Notes: a model not told the origin generated them from the sequence alone. Shown: positions 11,402 through 25,334, counted from the first letter of the stretch. The stretch: 64,000 nucleotides of DNA from Eledone cirrhosa (GCA_964016885.1 OZ024740.1:426684001-426748000); one strand, 5' to 3'. Program-made: numbers and translations.

Positions 11402-12054
11402 TGTGTCAAGATTTCTTTTCAAATATTTTTTTCTTGTTCAAAACTACAGCATCACATGACCTTCTTTTGAGGTGGCTGTCAGTTGTAATCGATAGAAGTG
11501 ATAACACAATTGGCCCTTAAATTCATAGAGCCTGAAAATAGCACCAGACTATTTCAACCATATATCTATATATTTAAAACATAGGAGGTCTGTTTGTGCA
11601 AATCCCTAAAACTCCAGATGTACTCAACTGACTTTTTCCAAACTTTACACATGTGTTACTTATAATACTTGAAGTGCAATAGGCTAGTAGAAATTTAACT
11701 TTTGATGCGATTTTTTCATGTTCAATTATGTAGCATCACGTGACCTTCATTTGAACATGTCTCTCGCTATAGTCAATTGACATAATCACACAATTGGTCG
11801 TTAAAGTTGAACAACTTGAATATCGTGCAGGAGGATTTAAACCAAATATGTTTTATAAAAGCAAACTCTCACAATGGAAAATACATAGAAATTGAATCAG
11901 TCTAAGAAAATTCATATCAAACTTACGATCATTGTCAAATCTGTTAGTAGGGAAAATTCAGTATTAATTTTAACTAACCAGTCAAATCGAATTGGTCAAA
12001 GATCTCCGTATGTCATTCACTATATAGATGTATATAACTGTGTGGTTCTCCTGA

Positions 12055-12127
12055 GGGGAATTAGCTCAGATGGTAGAGCGCTCGCTTTGCATGCGAGAGG
12101 TACCGGGATCAACGCCCGGATTCTCCG
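12055..12127 (+). tRNA. tRNA-Ala-TGC: tRNA-Ala(TGC) unit 10, A57 and discriminator A73G
   Basis: Ends ATTCTCCG. Confidence 0.9.
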
Positions 12128-12376
12128 AATGTAGGAGTTATATTACTATATATTTTGATGTTTCTACATTTTACAATTTTCTATTATTGTTGTTGTTTTT
12201 GCTGTTGAATGTGATGGATTGGCAGTATCTGTAATCATCAGAAAACATGCTTTACAGTATAGAGTTATGGCCATTTACGTTCCGAGTTAAAATCGCGCAC
12301 ATGTCAACTTAAAATAAGTTATCAATAATGTACTGGGTATTTCACGGCCTTGTTCCAAAAGTAGAAACAATTATTT

Positions 12377-12408
<32 letters not shown>

Positions 12409-12617
12409 CTTCTTCTTCTTCTTCTTCTTCTTCTTCTTCTTCTTCTTCTTCTTCTTCTTCTTCTTCTTCTTCTTCACACCACCAGCATCACGTGACCTAC
12501 CTGTGAGGAGGGCCGTCAGCAATAGTAATCTTAGAACATATAGAATCCGTCCGAGGCCGCCCTTATTATTTACTATATATATATATATATATATTGTAGA
12601 GAAACAGACTCATGTTA

Positions 12618-12690
12618 GGGGAATTAGCTCAGATGGTAGAGCGCTCGCTTAGCATGCGAGAGGTACCGTGATCGATGCCCGGATTCTCCA
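12618..12690 (+). tRNA. tRNA-Ala-AGC: tRNA-Ala(AGC) unit 10, G52T
   Basis: 5' T stem CCGTG. Confidence 0.88.
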
Positions 12691-13344
12691 TGCGTCAAGA
12701 TTTCTTTTCAAATATTTTTTTCTTGTTCAAAACTACAGCATCACATGACCTTCTTTTGAGGTTGGCTGTCAGTTGTAATCGATAGAAGTGATAACACAAT
12801 TGGCCCTTAAATTCATACAGCCTGAAAATAGCACCAGACTATTTCAACCATATATCTATATATATAAAATATAGGAGGTCTGTTTGTACAAATCCCTAAA
12901 ACTCCAGATGTACTCGACTGACTTTTTTCAAACTTTACACATGTGTTACTTATAATACTTGAAGTGCAATAGGCTAGTAGAAATTTAACTTTTGATGTTA
13001 TTTTTTCATGTTGAAATATGTAGCATCACGTGACCTTCATTTGAACATGTCTCTCGCTATAGTCAATTGACATAATCACACAATTGGTCGTTAAAGTTGA
13101 ACAACTTGAATATCGTGCAGGAGGATTTAAACCAAATATGTTTTATAAAAGCAAACTCTCACAATGGAAAATACATAGAAATTGAATCAGTCTAAGAAAA
13201 TACATATCAAACTTACGATCATTGTCAAATCTGTTAGTAGGGATAATTGAGTATTAATTTTAACTAACCAGTCAAATCGAATTGGTCAAAGATCTCCGTA
13301 TGTCATTCACTATATAGATGTATATAACTGTGTGGTTCACATGA

Positions 13345-13417
13345 GGGGAATTAGCTCAGATGGTAGAGCGCTCGCTTTGCATGCGAGAGGTACCGGGATC
13401 GACGCCCGGATTCTCCA
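13345..13417 (+). tRNA. tRNA-Ala-TGC: tRNA-Ala(TGC) unit 11
   Basis: Consensus cloverleaf. Confidence 0.97.
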
Positions 13418-13665
13418 AATGTAGGAGTTATATTACTATATATTTTGATGTTTCTACATTTTACAATTTTCTATTATTGTTGTTGTTTTTGCTGTTGAAT
13501 GTGATGGATTGGCAGTACCTGTAATCATCAGAAAACATGCTTTACAGTATAGAGTTATGGCCCTTTACGTTCCGAGTTAAAATCGCGCCCATGTCAACTT
13601 AAAATAAATGAACAATAATGTACTGGGTATTTCACGGCCTTGTTCCAAAATTAGAAACAATTTTT

Positions 13666-13697
<32 letters not shown>

Positions 13698-13880
13698 CTT
13701 CTTCTTCTTCTTCTTCTTCTTCTTCTTCTTCTTCTTCTTCACACCACCAGCATCACGTGACCTACCTGTGAGGAGGGCCGTCAGCAATAGTAATCATAGA
13801 ACATATAGAATCCGTCCGAGGCCGCCCTTATTATTTACTATATATGTATATATATATTGTAGAGAAACAGACTCATGTGA

Positions 13881-13953
13881 GGGGAATTAGCTCAGATGGT
13901 AGAGCGCTCGCTTAGCATGCGAGAGGTACCGGGATCGATGCCCGGATTCTCCA
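13881..13953 (+). tRNA. tRNA-Ala-AGC: tRNA-Ala(AGC) unit 11
   Basis: Consensus cloverleaf. Confidence 0.97.
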
Positions 13954-14605
13954 TGCGTCAAGATTTCTTTTCAAATATTTTTTCTTCTTCAAAACTACAG
14001 CATCACATGACCATCTTTTGAGGTTGGCTGTCTGTTGTAATCGATAGAAGTTGTAACACAATTGGCCCTTAATTCGTACAGCCTGAAAATAGCACCAGAC
14101 TATTTCAACCATATATCTATATATATAAAACATAGGAGGTCTGTTTGTGCAAATCCCTAAAACTCCAGATGTACTCAACAGACTTTTTTCAAACTTTACA
14201 CATGTGTTACTTATAATACTTGAAGTGCAATAGGCTAGTAGAAATTTAACTTTTGATGTTATTTTTTCATGTTCAAATATGTAGCATCACGTGACCTTCA
14301 TTTGAACATGTCTCTCGCTATAGTCAATTGACATAATCACACAATTGGTCGTTAAATTTGAACAACTTGAATATCGTGCAGGAGGATTTAAACCAAATAT
14401 GTTTTATAAAAGCAAACTCTCACAATGGAAAATACATAGAAATTGAATCAGTCTAAGAAAATACATATCAAACTTACGATCATTGTCAAATCTGTTAGTA
14501 GGGATAATTGAGTATTAATTTTAACTAACCAGTCAAATCGAATTGGTCAAAGATCTCCGTATGTCATTCACTATATAGATGTATATAACTGTGTGGTTCT
14601 CGTGA

Positions 14606-14678
14606 GGGGAATTAGCTCAGATGGTAGAGCGCTCGCTTTGCATGCGAGAGGTACCGGGATCGACGCCCGGATTCTCCA
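14606..14678 (+). tRNA. tRNA-Ala-TGC: tRNA-Ala(TGC) unit 12
   Basis: Consensus cloverleaf. Confidence 0.97.
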
Positions 14679-15160
14679 AATGTAGGAGTTATATTACTAT
14701 ATATTTTGATGTTTCTACATTTTACAATTTTCTATTATTGTTGTTGTTTCTGCTGTTGAATGTGATGGATTGGCAGTATCTGTAATCATCAGAAAACATG
14801 CTTTACAGTATAGAGTTATGGCCCTTTACGTTCCGAGTTAAAATCGCGCACATGTCAACTTAAAATAAGTTATCAATAATGTACTGGGTATTTCACGGCC
14901 TTGTTCCAAAAGTAGAAACAATTATTTTTGTTGTTGTTGTTGTTGTTGTTCTTCTTCTTCTTCTTCTTCTTCTTCTTCTTCTTCTTCTTCTACTTCTTCT
15001 TCTTCTTCTTCTTCTTCTTCACACCACCAGCATCACGTGACCTACCTGTGAGGAGGGCCGTCAGCAATAGTAATCATAGAACATATAGAATCCGTCCGAG
15101 GCCGCCCTTATTATTTACTATATATGTATATATATATTGTAGAGAAACAGACTCATGTGA

Positions 15161-15233
15161 GGGGAATTAGCTCAGATGGTAGAGCGCTCGCTTAGCATGC
15201 GAGAGGTACCGGGATCGATGCCCGGATTCTCCA
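15161..15233 (+). tRNA. tRNA-Ala-AGC: tRNA-Ala(AGC) unit 12
   Basis: Consensus cloverleaf. Confidence 0.97.
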
Positions 15234-15885
15234 TGCGTCAAGATTTCTTTTCAAATATTTTTTCTTCTTCAAAACTACAGCATCACATGACCATCTTTTG
15301 AGGTTGGCTGTCTGTTGTAATCGATAGAAGTTGTAACACAATTGGCCCTTAATTCGTACAGCCTGAAAATAGCACCAGACTATTTCAACCATATATCTAT
15401 ATATATAAAACATAGGAGGTCTGTTTGTGCAAATCCCTAAAACTCCAGATGTACTCCACTGACTTTTTTCAAACTTTACACATATGTTACTTATAATACT
15501 TGAAGTGCAATAGGCTAGTAGAAATTTAACTTTTGATGTTATTTTTTCATGTTCAAATATGTAGCATCACGTGACCTTCATTTGAACATGTCTCTCGCTA
15601 TAGTCAATTGACATAATCACACAATTGGTCGTTAAAGTTGAACAACTTGAATATCGTGCAGGAGGATTTAAACCAAATATGTTTTATAAAAGCAAACTCT
15701 CACAATGGAAAATACATAGAAATTGAATCAGTCTAAGAAAATACATATCAAACTTACGATCATTGTCAAATCTGTTAGTAGGGATAATTGAGTATTAATT
15801 TTAACTAACCAGTCAAATCGAATTGGTCAAAGATCTCCGTATGTCATTCACTATATAGATGTATATAACTGTGTGGTTCTCGTGA

Positions 15886-15958
15886 GGGGAATTAGCTCAG
15901 ATGGTAGAGCGCTCGCTTTGCATGCGAGAGGTAACGGGATCAACGCCCGGATTCTCCA
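15886..15958 (+). tRNA. tRNA-Ala-TGC: tRNA-Ala(TGC) unit 13, C49A and A57
   Basis: GGTAACGGGATCAACG. Confidence 0.88.
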
Positions 15959-16435
15959 AATGTAGGAGTTATATTACTATATATTTTGATGTTTCTACAT
16001 TTTACAATTTTCTATTATTGTTGTTGTTTTTGCTGTTGAATGTGATGGATTGGCAGTATCTGTAATCATCAGAAAACATGCTTTACAGTATAGAGTTATG
16101 GCCCTTTACGTTCCGAGTTAAAATCGCGCCCATGTCAACTTAAAATAAATGAACAATAATGTACTGGGTATTTCACGGCATTGTTCCAAAATTAGAAACA
16201 ATTTTTTTGTTGTTGTTGTTGTTGTTCTTCTTCTTCTTCTTCTTCTTCTTCTTCTTCTTCTTCTTCTTCTTCTTTTTCTTCTTCTTCTTCTTCACACCAC
16301 CAGCATCACGTGACCTACCTGTTAGGAGGGCCGTCAGCAATAGTAATCATAGAACGTATAGAATCCGTCCGAGGTCGCCCTTATTATTTACTATATATAT
16401 ATATATATATATTGTAGAGAAACAGACTCATGTGA

Positions 16436-16508
16436 GGGGAATTAGCTCAGATGGTAGAGCGCTCGCTTAGCATGCGAGAGGTACCGGGATCGATGCCAGG
16501 ATTCTCCA
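16436..16508 (+). tRNA. tRNA-Ala-AGC: tRNA-Ala(AGC) unit 13, C63A
   Basis: 3' T stem CCAGG. Confidence 0.9.
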
Positions 16509-17160
16509 TGCGTCAAGATTTCTTTTCAAATATTTTTTCTTCTTCAAAACTACAGCATCACATGACCATCTTTTGAGGTTGGCTGTCTGTTGTAATCGAT
16601 AGAAGTTGTAACACAATTGGCCCTTAATTCGTACAGCCTGAAAATAGCACCAGACTATTTCAACCATATATCTATATATATAAAATATAGGAGGTCTGTT
16701 TGTGCAAATCCCTAAAACTCCAGATGTACTCGACTGACTTTTTTCAAACTTTACACATATGTTACTTATAATACTTGAAGTGCAATAGGCTAGTAGAAAT
16801 TTAACTTTTGATGCGATTTTTTCATGTTCAATTATGTAGCATCACGTGACCTTCATTTGAACATGTCTCTCGCTATAGTCAATTGACATAATCACACAAT
16901 TGGTCGTTAAAGTTGAACAACTTGAATATCGTGCAGGAGGATTTAAACCAAATATGTTTTATAAAAGCAAACTCTCACAATGGAAAATACATAGAAATTG
17001 AATCAGTCTAAGAAAATACATATCGAACTTACGATCATTGTCAAATCTGTTAGTAGGGATAATTGAGTATTAATTTTAACTAACCAGTCAAATCGAATTG
17101 GTCAAAGATCTCCGTATGTCATTCACTATATAGATGTATATAACTGTGTGGTTCCCGTGA

Positions 17161-17233
17161 GGGGAATTAGCTCAGATGGTAGAGCGCTCGCTTTGCATGC
17201 GAGAGGTACCGGGATCGACGCCCGGATTCTCCA
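17161..17233 (+). tRNA. tRNA-Ala-TGC: tRNA-Ala(TGC) unit 14
   Basis: Consensus cloverleaf. Confidence 0.97.
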
Positions 17234-17708
17234 AATGTAGGAGTTATATTACTATATATTTTGATGTTTCTACATTTTACAATTTTCTATTATTGTTGTT
17301 GTTTCTGCTGTTGAATGTGATGGATTGGCAGTACCTGTAATCATCAGACAACATGCTTTACAGTATAGAGTTATGGCCCTTTACGTTCCGAGTTAAAATC
17401 GCGCCCATGTCAACTTAAAATAAATTAACAATAACGTACAGGGTATTTCACGGCCTTGTTACAAAAGTAGAAACAATTATTTTTGTTGTTGTTGTTGTTC
17501 TTCTTCTTCTTCTTCTTCTTCTTCTTCTTCTTCTTCTTCTTCTTCTTCTTCTTCTTCTTCTTCTTCTTCACACCACCAGCATCACGTGACCTACCTGTGA
17601 GAGGGCCGTCAGCAATAGTAATCATAGAACATATAGAATCCGTCCGAGGCCGCCCTTATTATTTACTATATATGTATATATATATTGTAGAGAAACAGAC
17701 TCATGTGA

Positions 17709-17781
17709 GGGGAATTAGCTCAGATGGTAGAGCGCTCGCTTAGCATGCGAGAGGTACCGGGATCGATGCCCGGATTCTCCA
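17709..17781 (+). tRNA. tRNA-Ala-AGC: tRNA-Ala(AGC) unit 14
   Basis: Consensus cloverleaf. Confidence 0.97.
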
Positions 17782-18435
17782 TGTGTCAAGATTTCTTTTC
17801 AAATATTTTTTTCTTGTTCAAAACTAGAGCATCACATGACCTTCTTTTGAGGTTGGCTGTCAGTTGTAATCGATAGAAGTGATAACACAATTGGCCCTTA
17901 AATTCATAGAGCCTGAAAATAGCACCAGACTATTTCAACCATATATCTATATATTTAAAACATAGGAGGTCTGTTTGTGCAAATCCCTAAAACTCCAGAT
18001 GTACTCAACTGACTTTTTCCAAACTTTACACATGTGTTACTTATAATACTTGAAGTGCAATAGGCTAGTAGAAATTTAACTTTTGATGCGATTTTTTCAT
18101 GTTCAATTATGTAGCATCACGTGACCTTCATTTGAACATGTCTCTCGCTATAGTCAATTGACATAATCACACAATTGGTCGTTAAAGTTGAACAACTTGA
18201 ATATCGTGCAGGAGGATTTAAACCAAATATGTTTTATAAAAGCAAACTCTCACAATGGAAAATACATAGAAATTGAATCAGTCTAAGAAAATTCATATCA
18301 AACTTACGATCATTGTCAAATCTGTTAGTAGGGAAAATTCAGTATTAATTTTAACTAACCAGTCAAATCGAATTGGTCAAAGATCTCCGTATGTCATTCA
18401 CTATATAGATGTATATAACTGTGTGGTTCTCCTGA

Positions 18436-18508
18436 GGGGAATTAGCTCAGATGGTAGAGCGCTCGCTTTGCATGCGAGAGGTACCGGGATCAACGCCCGG
18501 ATTCTCCA
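18436..18508 (+). tRNA. tRNA-Ala-TGC: tRNA-Ala(TGC) unit 15, A57
   Basis: T loop ATCAACG. Confidence 0.95.
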
Positions 18509-18942
18509 AATGTAGGAGTTATATTACTATATATTTTGATGTTTCTACATTTTACAATTTTCTATTATTGTTGTTGTTTCTGCTGTTGAATGTGATGGAT
18601 TGGCAGTATCTGTAATCATCAGAAAACATGCTTTACAGTATAGAATTATGGCCCTTTACGTTGCGAGTTAAAATCGCGCACATGTCAACTTAAAATAAAT
18701 TATCAATAATGTACTGGGTATTTCACGGCCTTGTTCCAAAAGTAGAAACAACTATTTTTGTTGTTGTTGTTGTTGTTCTTCTTCTTCTTCTTCTTCTTCT
18801 TCACACCACCAGCATCACGTGACCTACCTGTGAGGAGGGCCGTCAGCAATAGTAATCATAGAACATATAGAATCCGTCCGAGGCCGCCCTTATTATTTAC
18901 TATATATGTATATATATATTGTAGAGAAACAGACTCATGTGA

Positions 18943-19015
18943 GGGGAATTAGCTCAGATGGTAGAGCGCTCGCTTAGCATGCGAGAGGTACCGGGATCGA
19001 TGCCCGGATTCTCCA
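18943..19015 (+). tRNA. tRNA-Ala-AGC: tRNA-Ala(AGC) unit 15
   Basis: Consensus cloverleaf. Confidence 0.97.
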
Positions 19016-19667
19016 TGCGTCAAGATTTCTTTTCAACTATTTTTTCTTCTTCAAAACTACAGCATCACATGACCATCTTTTGAGGTTGGCTGTCTGTTGT
19101 AATCGATAGAAGTTGTAACACAATTGGCCCTTAATTCGTACAGCCTGAAAATAGCACCAGACTATTTCAACCATATATCTATATATATAAAACATAGGAG
19201 GTCTGTTTGTGCAAATCCCTAAAACTCCAGATGTACTCAACTGACTTTTTTCAAAATTTACACATATGTTACTTATAATACTTGAAGTGCAATAGGCTAG
19301 TAGAAATTTAACTTTTGATGTTATTTTTTCATGTTCAAATATGTAGCATCACGTGACCTTCATTTGAACATGTCTCTCGCTATAGTCAATTGACATAATC
19401 ACACAATTGGTCGTTAAAGTTGAACAACTTGAATATCGTGCAGGAGGATTTAAACCAAATATGTTTTATAAAAGCAAACTCTCACAATGGAAAATACATA
19501 GAAATTGAATCAGTCTAAGAAAATACATATCAAACTTACGATCATTGTCAAATCTGTTAGTAGGGATAATTGAGTATTAATTTTAACTAACCAGTCAAAT
19601 CGAATTGGTCAAAGATCTCCGTATGTCATTCACTATACAGATGTATATAACTGTGTGGTTCTCGTGA

Positions 19668-19740
19668 GGGGAATTAGCTCAGATGGTAGAGCGCTCGCTT
19701 TGCATGCGAGAGGTACCGGGATCGACGCCCGGATTCTCCA
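19668..19740 (+). tRNA. tRNA-Ala-TGC: tRNA-Ala(TGC) unit 16
   Basis: Consensus cloverleaf. Confidence 0.97.
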
Positions 19741-20210
19741 AATGTAGGAGTTATATTACTATATATTTTGATGTTTCTACATTTTACAATTTTCTATTAT
19801 TGTTGTTGTTTCTGCTGTTGAATGTGATGGATTGGCAGTACCTGTAATCATCAGAAAACATGCTTTACAGTATAGAATTATGGCCCTTTACGTTGCGAGT
19901 TAAAATCGCGCACATGTCAACTTAAAATAAATTATCAATAATGTACTGGGTATTTCACGGCCTTGTTCCAAAAGTAGAAACAATTATTTTTGTTGTTGTT
20001 GTTGTTGTTCTTCTTCTTCTTCTTCTTCTTCTTCTTCTTCTTCTTCTTCTTCTTCTTCTTCTTCTTCTTCACACCACCAGCATCACGTGACCTACCTGTG
20101 AGGAGGGCCGTCAGCAATAGTAATCATAGAACATATAGAATCCGTCCGAGGCCGCCCTTATTATTTACTATATATGTATATATATATTGTAGAGAAACAG
20201 ACTCATGTGA

Positions 20211-20283
20211 GGGGAATTAGCTCAGATGGTAGAGCGCTCGCTTAGCATGCGAGAGGTACCGGGATCGATGCCCTGATTCTCCA
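20211..20283 (+). tRNA. tRNA-Ala-AGC: tRNA-Ala(AGC) unit 16, G64T
   Basis: 3' T stem CCCTG. Confidence 0.88.
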
Positions 20284-20935
20284 TGCATCAAGATTTCTTT
20301 TCAAATATTTTTTCTTCTTCAAAACTACAGCATCACATGACCATCTTTTGAGGTTGGCTGTCTGTTGTAATCGATAGAAGTTGTAACACAATTGGCCCTT
20401 AATTCGTACAGCCTGAAAATAGCACCAGACTATTTCAACCATATATCTATATATATAAAACATAGGAGGTCTGTTTGTGCAAATCCCTAAAACTCCAGAT
20501 GTACTCCACTGACTTTTTTCAAACTTTACACATATGTTACTTATAATACTTGAAGTGCAATAGGCTAGTAGAAATTTAACTTTTGATGTTATTTTTTCAT
20601 GTTCAAATATGTAGCATCACGTGACCTTCATTTGAACATGTCTCTCGCTATAGTCAATTGACATAATCACACAATTGGTCGTTAAAGTTGAACAACTTGA
20701 ATATCGTGCAGGAGGATTTAAACCAAATATGTTTTATAAAAGCAAACTCTCACAATGGAAAATACATAGAAATTGAATCAGTCTAAGAAAATACATATCA
20801 AACTTACGATCATTGTCAAATCTGTTAGTAGGGATAATTGAGTATTAATTTTAACTAACCAGTCAAATCGAATTGGTCAAAGATCTCCGTATGTCATTCA
20901 CTATATAGATGTATATAACTGTGTGGTTCTCGTGA

Positions 20936-21008
20936 GGGGAATTAGCTCAGATGGTAGAGCGCTCGCTTTGCATGCGAGAGGTACCGGGATCAACGCCCGG
21001 ATTCTCCA
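20936..21008 (+). tRNA. tRNA-Ala-TGC: tRNA-Ala(TGC) unit 17, A57
   Basis: T loop ATCAACG. Confidence 0.95.
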
Positions 21009-21495
21009 AATGTAGGAGTTATATTACTATATATTTTGATGTTTCTACATTTTACAATTTTCTATTATTGTTGTTGTTTTTGCTGTTGAATGTGATGGAT
21101 TGGCAGTATCTGTAATCATCAGAAAACATGCTTTACAGTATAGAGTTATGGCCCTTTACGTTCCGAGTTAAAATCGCGCCCATGTCAACTTAAAATAAAT
21201 TAACAATAACGTACAGGGTATTTCACGGCCTTGTTACAAAAGTAGAAACAATTATTTTTGTTGTTGTTGTTGTTGTTGTTGTTCTTCTTCTTCTTCTTCT
21301 TCTTCTTCTTCTTCTTCTTCTTCTTCTTCTTCTTCTTCTTCTTCTTCTTCTTCACACCACCAGCATCACGTGACCTACCTGTTAGGAGGGCCGTCAGCAA
21401 TAGTAATCATAGAACATATAGAATCCGTCCGAGGCCGCCCTTATTATTTACTATATATATATATATATATATTGTAGAGAAACAGACTCATGTGA

Positions 21496-21568
21496 GGGGA
21501 ATTAGCTCAGATGGTAGAGCGCTCGCTTAGCATGCGAGAGGTACGGGGATCGATGCCAGGATTCTCCA
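21496..21568 (+). tRNA. tRNA-Ala-AGC: tRNA-Ala(AGC) unit 17, C50G+C63A (two T-stem mismatches, probably impaired)
   Basis: T stem CGGGG/CCAGG. Confidence 0.8.
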
Positions 21569-22220
21569 TGCGTCAAGATTTCTTTTCAAATATTTTTTCT
21601 TCTTCAAAACTACAGCATCACATGACCATCTTTTGAGGTTGGCTGTCTGTTGTAATCGATAGAAGTTGTAACACAATTGGCCCTTAATTCGTACAGCCTG
21701 AAAATAGCACCAGACTATTTCAACCATATATCTATATATATAAAATATAGGAGGTCTGTTTGTGCAAATCCCTAAAACTCCAGATGTACTCGACTGACTT
21801 TTTTCAAACTTTACACATATGTTACTTATAATACTTGAAGTGCAATAGGCTAGTAGAAATTTAACTTTTGATGCGATTTTTTCATGTTCAATTATGTAGC
21901 ATCACGTGACCTTCATTTGAACATGTCTCTCGCTATAGTCAATTGACATAATCACACAATTGGTCGTTAAAGTTGAACAACTTGAATATCGTGCAGGAGG
22001 ATTTAAACCAAATATGTTTTATAAAAGCAAACTCTCACAATGGAAAATACATAGAAATTGAATCAGTCTAAGAAAATACATATCAAACTTACGATCATTG
22101 TCAAATCTGTTAGTAGGGATAATTGAGTATTAATTTTAACTAACCAGTCAAATCGAATTGGTCAAAGATCTCCGTATGTCATTCACTATATAGATGTATA
22201 TAACTGTGTGGTTCTCGTGA

Positions 22221-22293
22221 GGGGAATTAGCTCAGATGGTAGAGCGCTCGCTTTGCATGCGAGAGGTACCGGGATCAACGCCCGGATTCTCCA
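22221..22293 (+). tRNA. tRNA-Ala-TGC: tRNA-Ala(TGC) unit 18, A57
   Basis: T loop ATCAACG. Confidence 0.95.
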
Positions 22294-22775
22294 AATGTAG
22301 GAGTTATATTACTATATATTTTGATGTTTCTACATTTTACAATTTTCTATTATTGTTGTTGTTTCTGCTGTTGAATGTGATGGATTGGCAGTACCTGTAA
22401 TCATCAGACAACATGCTTTACAGTATAGAGTTATGGCCCTTTACGTTCCGAGTTAAAATCGCGCCCATGTCAACTTAAAATAAATTAACAATAACGTACA
22501 GGGTATTTCACGGCCTTGTTACAAAAGTAGAAACAATTATTTTTGTTGTTGTTGTTGTTGTTGTTCTTGTTCTTCTTCTTCTTCTTCTTCTTCTTCTTCT
22601 TCTTCTTCTTCTTCTTCTTCTTCTTCTTCTTCTTGACACCACCAGCATCACGTGACCTACCTGTGAGGAGGGCCGTCAGCAATAGTAATCATAGAACATA
22701 TAGAATCCGTCCGAGGCCGCCCTTATTATTTACTATATATGTATATATATATTGTAGAGAAACAGACTCATGTGA

Positions 22776-22848
22776 GGGGAATTAGCTCAGATGGTAGAGC
22801 GCTCGCTTAGCATGCGAGAGGTACCGGGATCGATGCCCGGATTCTCCA
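22776..22848 (+). tRNA. tRNA-Ala-AGC: tRNA-Ala(AGC) unit 18
   Basis: Consensus cloverleaf. Confidence 0.97.
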
Positions 22849-23502
22849 TGCGTCAAGATTTCTTTTCAAATATTTTTTTCTTGTTCAAAACTACAGCATC
22901 ACATGACCTTCTTTTGAGGTTGGCTGTCAGTTGTAATCGATAGAAGTGATAACACAATTGGCCCTTAAATTCATAGAGTCTGAAAATAGCACCAGACTAT
23001 TTCAACCATATATCTATATATATAAAACATAGGAGGTCTGTTTGTGCAAATCCCTAAAACTCCAGATGTACTCAACTGACTTTTTTCAAACTTTACACAT
23101 GTGTTACTTATAATACTTGAAGTGCAATAGGCTAGTAGAAATTTAACTTTTGATGCGATTTTATCATGTTCAATTATGTAGCATCACGTGACCTTCATTT
23201 GAACATGTCTCTCGCTATAGTCAATTGACATAATCACACAATTGGTCGTTAAAGTTGAACAACTTGAATATCGTGCAGGAGGATTTAAACCAAATATGTT
23301 TTATAAAAGCAAACTCTCACAATGGAAAATACATAGAAATTGAATCAGTCTAAGAAAATACATATCAAACTTACGATCATTGTCAAATCTGTTAGTAGGG
23401 ATAATTGAGTATTAATTTTAACTAACCAGTCAAATCGAATTGGTCAAAGATCTCCGTATGTCATTCACTATATAGATGTATATAACTGTGTGGTTCTCGT
23501 GA

Positions 23503-23575
23503 GGGGAATTAGCTCAGATGGTAGAGCGCTCGCTTTGCATGCGAGAGGTACCGGGATCGACGCCCGGATTCTCCA
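23503..23575 (+). tRNA. tRNA-Ala-TGC: tRNA-Ala(TGC) unit 19
   Basis: Consensus cloverleaf. Confidence 0.97.
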
Positions 23576-23824
23576 AATGTAGGAGTTATATTACTATATA
23601 TTTTGATGTTTCTACATTTTACAATTTTCTATTATTGTTGTTGTTTCTGCTGTTGAATGTGATGGATTGGCAGTACCTGTAATCATCAGACAACATGCTT
23701 TACAGTATAGACTTATGGCCCTTTACGTTCCGAGTTAAAATCGCGCCCATGTCAACTTAAAATAAATTAACAATAACGTACAGGGTATTTCACGGCCTTG
23801 TTACAAAAGTAGAAACAATTATTT

Positions 23825-23856
<32 letters not shown>

Positions 23857-24045
23857 CTTCTTCTTCTTCTTCTTCTTCTTCTTCTTCTTCTTCTTCTTCT
23901 TCTTCACACCACCAGCATCACGTGACCTACCTGTGAGGAGGGCCGTCAGCAATAGTAATCATAGAACATATAGAATCCGTCCGAGGCCGCCCTTATTATT
24001 TACTATATATATATATATATATTGTAGAGAAACAGACTCATGTGA

Positions 24046-24118
24046 GGGGAATTAGCTCAGATGGTAGAGCGCTCGCTTAGCATGCGAGAGGTACCGGGAT
24101 CGATGCCAGGATTCTCCA
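24046..24118 (+). tRNA. tRNA-Ala-AGC: tRNA-Ala(AGC) unit 19, C63A
   Basis: 3' T stem CCAGG. Confidence 0.9.
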
Positions 24119-24770
24119 TGCGTCAAGATTTCTTTTCAAATATTTTTTCTTCTTCAAAACTACAGCATCACATGACCATCTTTTGAGGTTGGCTGTCTGT
24201 TGTAATCGATAGAAGTTGTAACACAATTGGCCCTTAATTCGTACAGCCTGAAAATAGCACCAGACTATTTCAACCATATATCTATATATATAAAACATAG
24301 GAGGTCTGTTTGTGCAAATCCCTAAAACTCCAGATGTACTCAACTGACTTTTTTCAAACTTTACACATATGTTACTTATAATACTTGAAGTGCAATAGGC
24401 TAGTAGAAATTTAACTTTTGATGCGATTTTTTCATGTTCAATTATGTAGCATCACGTGACCTTCATTTGAACATGTCTCTCGCTATAGTCAATTGACATA
24501 ATCACACAATTGGTCGTTAAAGTTGAACAACTTGAATATCGTGCAGGAGGATTTAAACCAAATATGTTTTATAAAAGCAAACTCTCACAATGGAAAATAC
24601 ATAGAAATTGAATCAGTCTAAGAAAATACATATCAAACTTACGATCATTGTCTAATCTGTTAGTAGGGATAATTGAGTATTAATTTTAACTAACCAGTCA
24701 AATCGAATTGGTCAAAGATCTCCGTGTGTCATTCACTCTATAGATGTATATAACTGTGTGGTTCTCATGA

Positions 24771-24843
24771 GGGGAATTAGCTCAGATGGTAGAGCGCTCG
24801 CTTTGCATGCGAGAGGTACCGGGATCGACGCCCGGATTCTCCA
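24771..24843 (+). tRNA. tRNA-Ala-TGC: tRNA-Ala(TGC) unit 20
   Basis: Consensus cloverleaf. Confidence 0.97.
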
Positions 24844-25334
24844 AATGTAGGAGTTATATTACTATATATTTTGATGTTTCTACATTTTACAATTTTCTAT
24901 TATTGTTGTTGTTTCTGCTGTTGAATGTGATGGATTGGCAGTACCTGTAATCATCAGACAACATGCTTTACAGTATAGAGTTATGGCCCTTTACGTTCCG
25001 AGTTAAAATCGCGCCCATGTCAACTTAAAATAAATTAACAATAACGTACTGGGTATTTCACGGCCTTGTTACAAAAGTAGAAACAATTATTTTTGTTGTT
25101 GTTGTTGTTGTTGTTCTTGTTCTTCTTCTTCTTCTTCTTCTTCTTCTTCTTCTTCTTCTTCTTCTTCTTCTTCTTCTTCTTCTTCTTCTTCTTCACACCA
25201 CCAGCATCACGTGACCTACCTGTGAGGAGGGCCGTCAGCAATAGTAATCATAGAACATATAGAATCCGTCCGAGGCCGCCCTTATTATTTACTATATATG
25301 TATATATATATTGTAGAGAAACAGACTCATGTGA

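Noticed and set aside
13912-14178. Antisense ORFs MSTSGVLG.../MFYIYRY...
   Set aside because: Present only in one spacer haplotype, antisense to the tRNA, no motif
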